A program made the translations under genes and the position numbers. The notes beneath the pieces were generated by a model that did no database searches, was not told where the DNA came from, and worked only from the letters and a program-made list of their open reading frames with translations. A stretch of 64,000 nucleotides of DNA from Acidobacteriota bacterium (GTDB lineage Bacteria; Acidobacteriota; UBA890; WLXD01). Shown one piece after another: positions 61,506-64,000 of the stretch. Position 1 is the first letter of the stretch. Each line of letters starts with the position of its first letter. The DNA lies in NCBI GenBank assembly GCA_965248695.1, contig CBDFKD010000002.1, positions 2,112,001 through 2,176,000 on the forward strand. Direction: 5' to 3'.

Positions 61506-64000
61506 TCAGAACAGCGGACCGAGGTAGAACTGGAAGTCGGGGCCGCCGAACAAATCCTTGCCGTTGGTGCGCTGGGCCCAGAAGAACCACAACGGTAGGC
61601 CCATCAGGTTGATGTTGAGCCCGACTCCGACCGAGCCGCGTGCATCGGCGAGCCGGCCGTCTTCAACAAGCCGGAACTCGTCGCCTTTGAACCACGCACC
61701 GCCGACGTCCGCGAACAGCACACCGCGGATATTGCGTATGGCCATCTGTCCGGCGCGTGCCTCGAAGATCAGCGGGAAGCGGTACTCGAGGTTCATCAAG
61801 AAAGCGCGGTTACCGGAGAAACGCAGATAGTCGTAGCCGCGCAGCTGGTTCAGCCCACCGACGAAAAACACCGTCGGGTGATCGCCGAAGCTGCCGGATC
61901 CCCAAAGCCGTACCGCCAGCTGGCTGTCCTTGGTGATCTGGAAGTACTGCCGGATGTCGATCTCGGCGTTGTAGAACCTCAGACTCCCGACCGCCGGAGA
62001 GGTCTCGAACCCCAGGCTCACCCGTCGGCCAGCGTACGGGCCGTACTCCTTGAACCGGGCCTTGTCGCCGATGATCTTGACACCGATCGGCATGTAGCTG
62101 CCGCTGTGGAAGTTGTCGGCGAACGTCGACAGTGTTCCGCCGGTGCCCTCGAGGATGAACGCCGACGGGATGTAGTCGCGGTCGTAGTAGCCGACCGAGA
62201 ACTCCGCCCGCCAGTCGCGACTGAACGGATAGTCGGCGAACAGCTCGCCACCGTCCAGCCCGAAGATGGAGTTGCGGTCGAGCGAGCCGTTCGTCGGGTC
62301 GAAGGTGAAGAAGAACGACCGTTGGCTGGTCGCCAGAGCGCCCCAGTTCCAGCGCTTCGACTGGTTTCGGTAGACGGCGGTGTAGTTGCGCTGGCTCTGG
62401 ACCGAGCCCAGGATCGCCGTGATGCTGTGGTTGCCCAGCAGATCCTGCATCTCGATGAACGTATTGGCCAGCACGGTGCCGCCGGCGAGTCCGCTGGAAT
62501 ATCCACCGGCGACCTGGATGTTGGAGATGTGCCAGCCACCGCCGGTGGACTGGGTGCGATTCTGATCGCTGAGCTCGACATCGGCGATGGCTGCCGCCTC
62601 CATCTCCAGCCGATCGATCTCTTCGTCCGGGAGCGCCTCGTCGATAGCGACGAACTGCTCCACCGCCTCAGGCAAGTCCATCGTGTAGAGCTCGTACGTC
62701 CCGTCGCCGTAGTTGCTGAACAGGAGCTGGTTGGTGTTCGGCAGCTCCTGCGGGAAGAACGTGCCGTGCAGGATGTTGGTGTAGCGGTAGACCGTTTCGC
62801 TCGCCAGCTCGATCGAATAGAGGTTGTGCTCGCCGGTTCGATCAGAGACGTAGTAGACGCGCGAGCCATCGGCCGAGAAGCTCGGCTGGGTGTCGTTGTA
62901 GCGACCGAACGTCAGCTGCACGCGTTCCTGCGGCCGCGCCAGGTCGATACGGAAGAGCTTCTTGGCGCCCAGCACATGCGAAGCGAACACGATGCTGCGA
63001 ACGTCCGGCGACCAGACCGGAGCGTAGTCGTAGAACTCGTCCTGGGTAAGATTCGACAGCGTGTCGTTGGACGGGTCGTAGAGATAGATGTCGCGTACAC
63101 CGTTGCGGTGCGCTCCGAACACTACCCGCCCGTCAGGCGCGATGCTCGGTGAGAGCGCCTGGTCGAGGTCGGTCTTGAACTTTTTTCGCACGCTACCGTT
63201 TTGGGCATCGAGCATGAAGAGCGTTCGCGTCGGCGGAGTGCGGGCGAAGAAGGCAATCGTGCTGCCGTCGGGCGACCACGACAGATCGTTGCCCGCCTGA
63301 AAACCGACCGTCACTCCCTGACCGACGATGTACTCGAACTCGCCCTGCCGACCTCCGGTCAGATTGCGAATCGGCCGCCCGGACTCCAGGTCGAACGTGA
63401 AGGCCTCGATCTGCAGCGTTTTCTTGTTGAGGGTGATCGCGGCGAAGCTGTCGCCGTCCGGTGAAACGACGGGGCTAAACACCAGCTGTCGATCCTGAAA
63501 CGGCACGTCACGCATGACGTTGCGCCCGAAGTCCGGCGCCTCCTGGCGGTCCAGGACGTTGGGCAAGTAGCGCTCGCGCAGCCAGCCGCGAAAGTCGTTG
63601 TTGAACTCCGACGGCGTGACGTTGAAGGCACGCTCGAGATCGCGCTCGACGTCCTGCCCGAGATCGCGTCGCACCTCGGCGAGGAAGATGCGCAGGCCCT
63701 CATCGCCGTATTCCTCCTCGATGTACTGCCACACGACCTCGCCGAGCACGTAGTCGACGAAGAAGCTGCGGTTGTGGGTCATCTGGACCAGTGTCGGAAT
63801 GTCATCCGAGAGAACGACATCGCGCAGCATCATCTCGTCCAGCGACGTCAGGTCGTCGGACATGTACTCGGCGAAGCCCTCCATCACCCAGCCCGGAGGC
63901 TGAGCTCGCATCGCCGCGCCGAGACGGTTGCCGAAGAAGTAGTCGAACTCAAACAGGTGCGTGACCTCGTGGATGATGAGCTTGTGCAGCTTGTCCGGCG
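61506..64000 (-). CDS. Omp85/BamA-like outer-membrane protein with N-terminal zincin and TolB/PD40 propeller (5' end outside window)
   Basis: In-frame HEVTH (63957-63971) plus WVMEGFAEY; SPVVSPDG/WSPDG/PSFSADG repeats; LRGY; C-terminal FYLGPLF. Confidence 0.88.
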   Translation of the reverse strand, partial: PDKLHKLIIHEVTHLFEFDYFFGNRLGAAMRAQPPGWVMEGFAEYMSDDLTSLDEMMLRDVVLSDDIPTLVQMTHNRSFFVDYVLGEVVWQYIEEEYGDEGLRIFLAEVRRDLGQDVERDLERAFNVTPSEFNNDFRGWLRERYLPNVLDRQEAPDFGRNVMRDVPFQDRQLVFSPVVSPDGDSFAAITLNKKTLQIEAFTFDLESGRPIRNLTGGRQGEFEYIVGQGVTVGFQAGNDLSWSPDGSTIAFFARTPPTRTLFMLDAQNGSVRKKFKTDLDQALSPSIAPDGRVVFGAHRNGVRDIYLYDPSNDTLSNLTQDEFYDYAPVWSPDVRSIVFASHVLGAKKLFRIDLARPQERVQLTFGRYNDTQPSFSADGSRVYYVSDRTGEHNLYSIELASETVYRYTNILHGTFFPQELPNTNQLLFSNYGDGTYELYTMDLPEAVEQFVAIDEALPDEEIDRLEMEAAAIADVELSDQNRTQSTGGGWHISNIQVAGGYSSGLAGGTVLANTFIEMQDLLGNHSITAILGSVQSQRNYTAVYRNQSKRWNWGALATSQRSFFFTFDPTNGSLDRNSIFGLDGGELFADYPFSRDWRAEFSVGYYDRDYIPSAFILEGTGGTLSTFADNFHSGSYMPIGVKIIGDKARFKEYGPYAGRRVSLGFETSPAVGSLRFYNAEIDIRQYFQITKDSQLAVRLWGSGSFGDHPTVFFVGGLNQLRGYDYLRFSGNRAFLMNLEYRFPLIFEARAGQMAIRNIRGVLFADVGGAWFKGDEFRLVEDGRLADARGSVGVGLNINLMGLPLWFFWAQRTNGKDLFGGPDFQFYLGPLF

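Overview
High-GC bacterial chromosomal segment, probably Acidobacteriota (inferred from two ADOP-type duplicated orphan permeases and the overall gene repertoire). The left ~42 kb is accessory and metabolic. It carries orphan secreted proteins, a membrane-anchored coiled-coil/HhH protein, a 5'-3' exonuclease, a GcvT-like gene with two phytoene-dehydrogenase/PYROXD2-like genes and an IclR regulator, feoAB with a DtxR-type box, a periplasmic 3-keto-sugar-type locus that includes an ApbE-DoxX-Gfo/Idh/MocA operon, vapBC, an A-family cytochrome c oxidase operon, an M20 peptidase, a DUF5715-LysM protein and a DUF3524 glycosyltransferase. The right ~22 kb is core housekeeping: four tRNAs, tig-clpP-clpX-lon-engB, rpmE-prfA-prmC-murA, and the opposite-strand rplU-rpmA-obgE-nadD-rsfS-rlmH-dksA-comF run, ending in a partial zincin/propeller/Omp85 gene. 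Best novelty candidates: (1) an ApbE + DoxX + Tat-exported Gfo/Idh/MocA dehydrogenase with a flavinylation-like DAVTTAT motif; (2) an A1-type oxidase subunit I lacking the K-channel Lys and Ser; (3) a putative split, folate-coupled N-demethylase; (4) a recurring leaderless-promoter pattern. No CRISPR array, rRNA or transposase was seen. All family assignments come from motif recognition by eye, not database searches.
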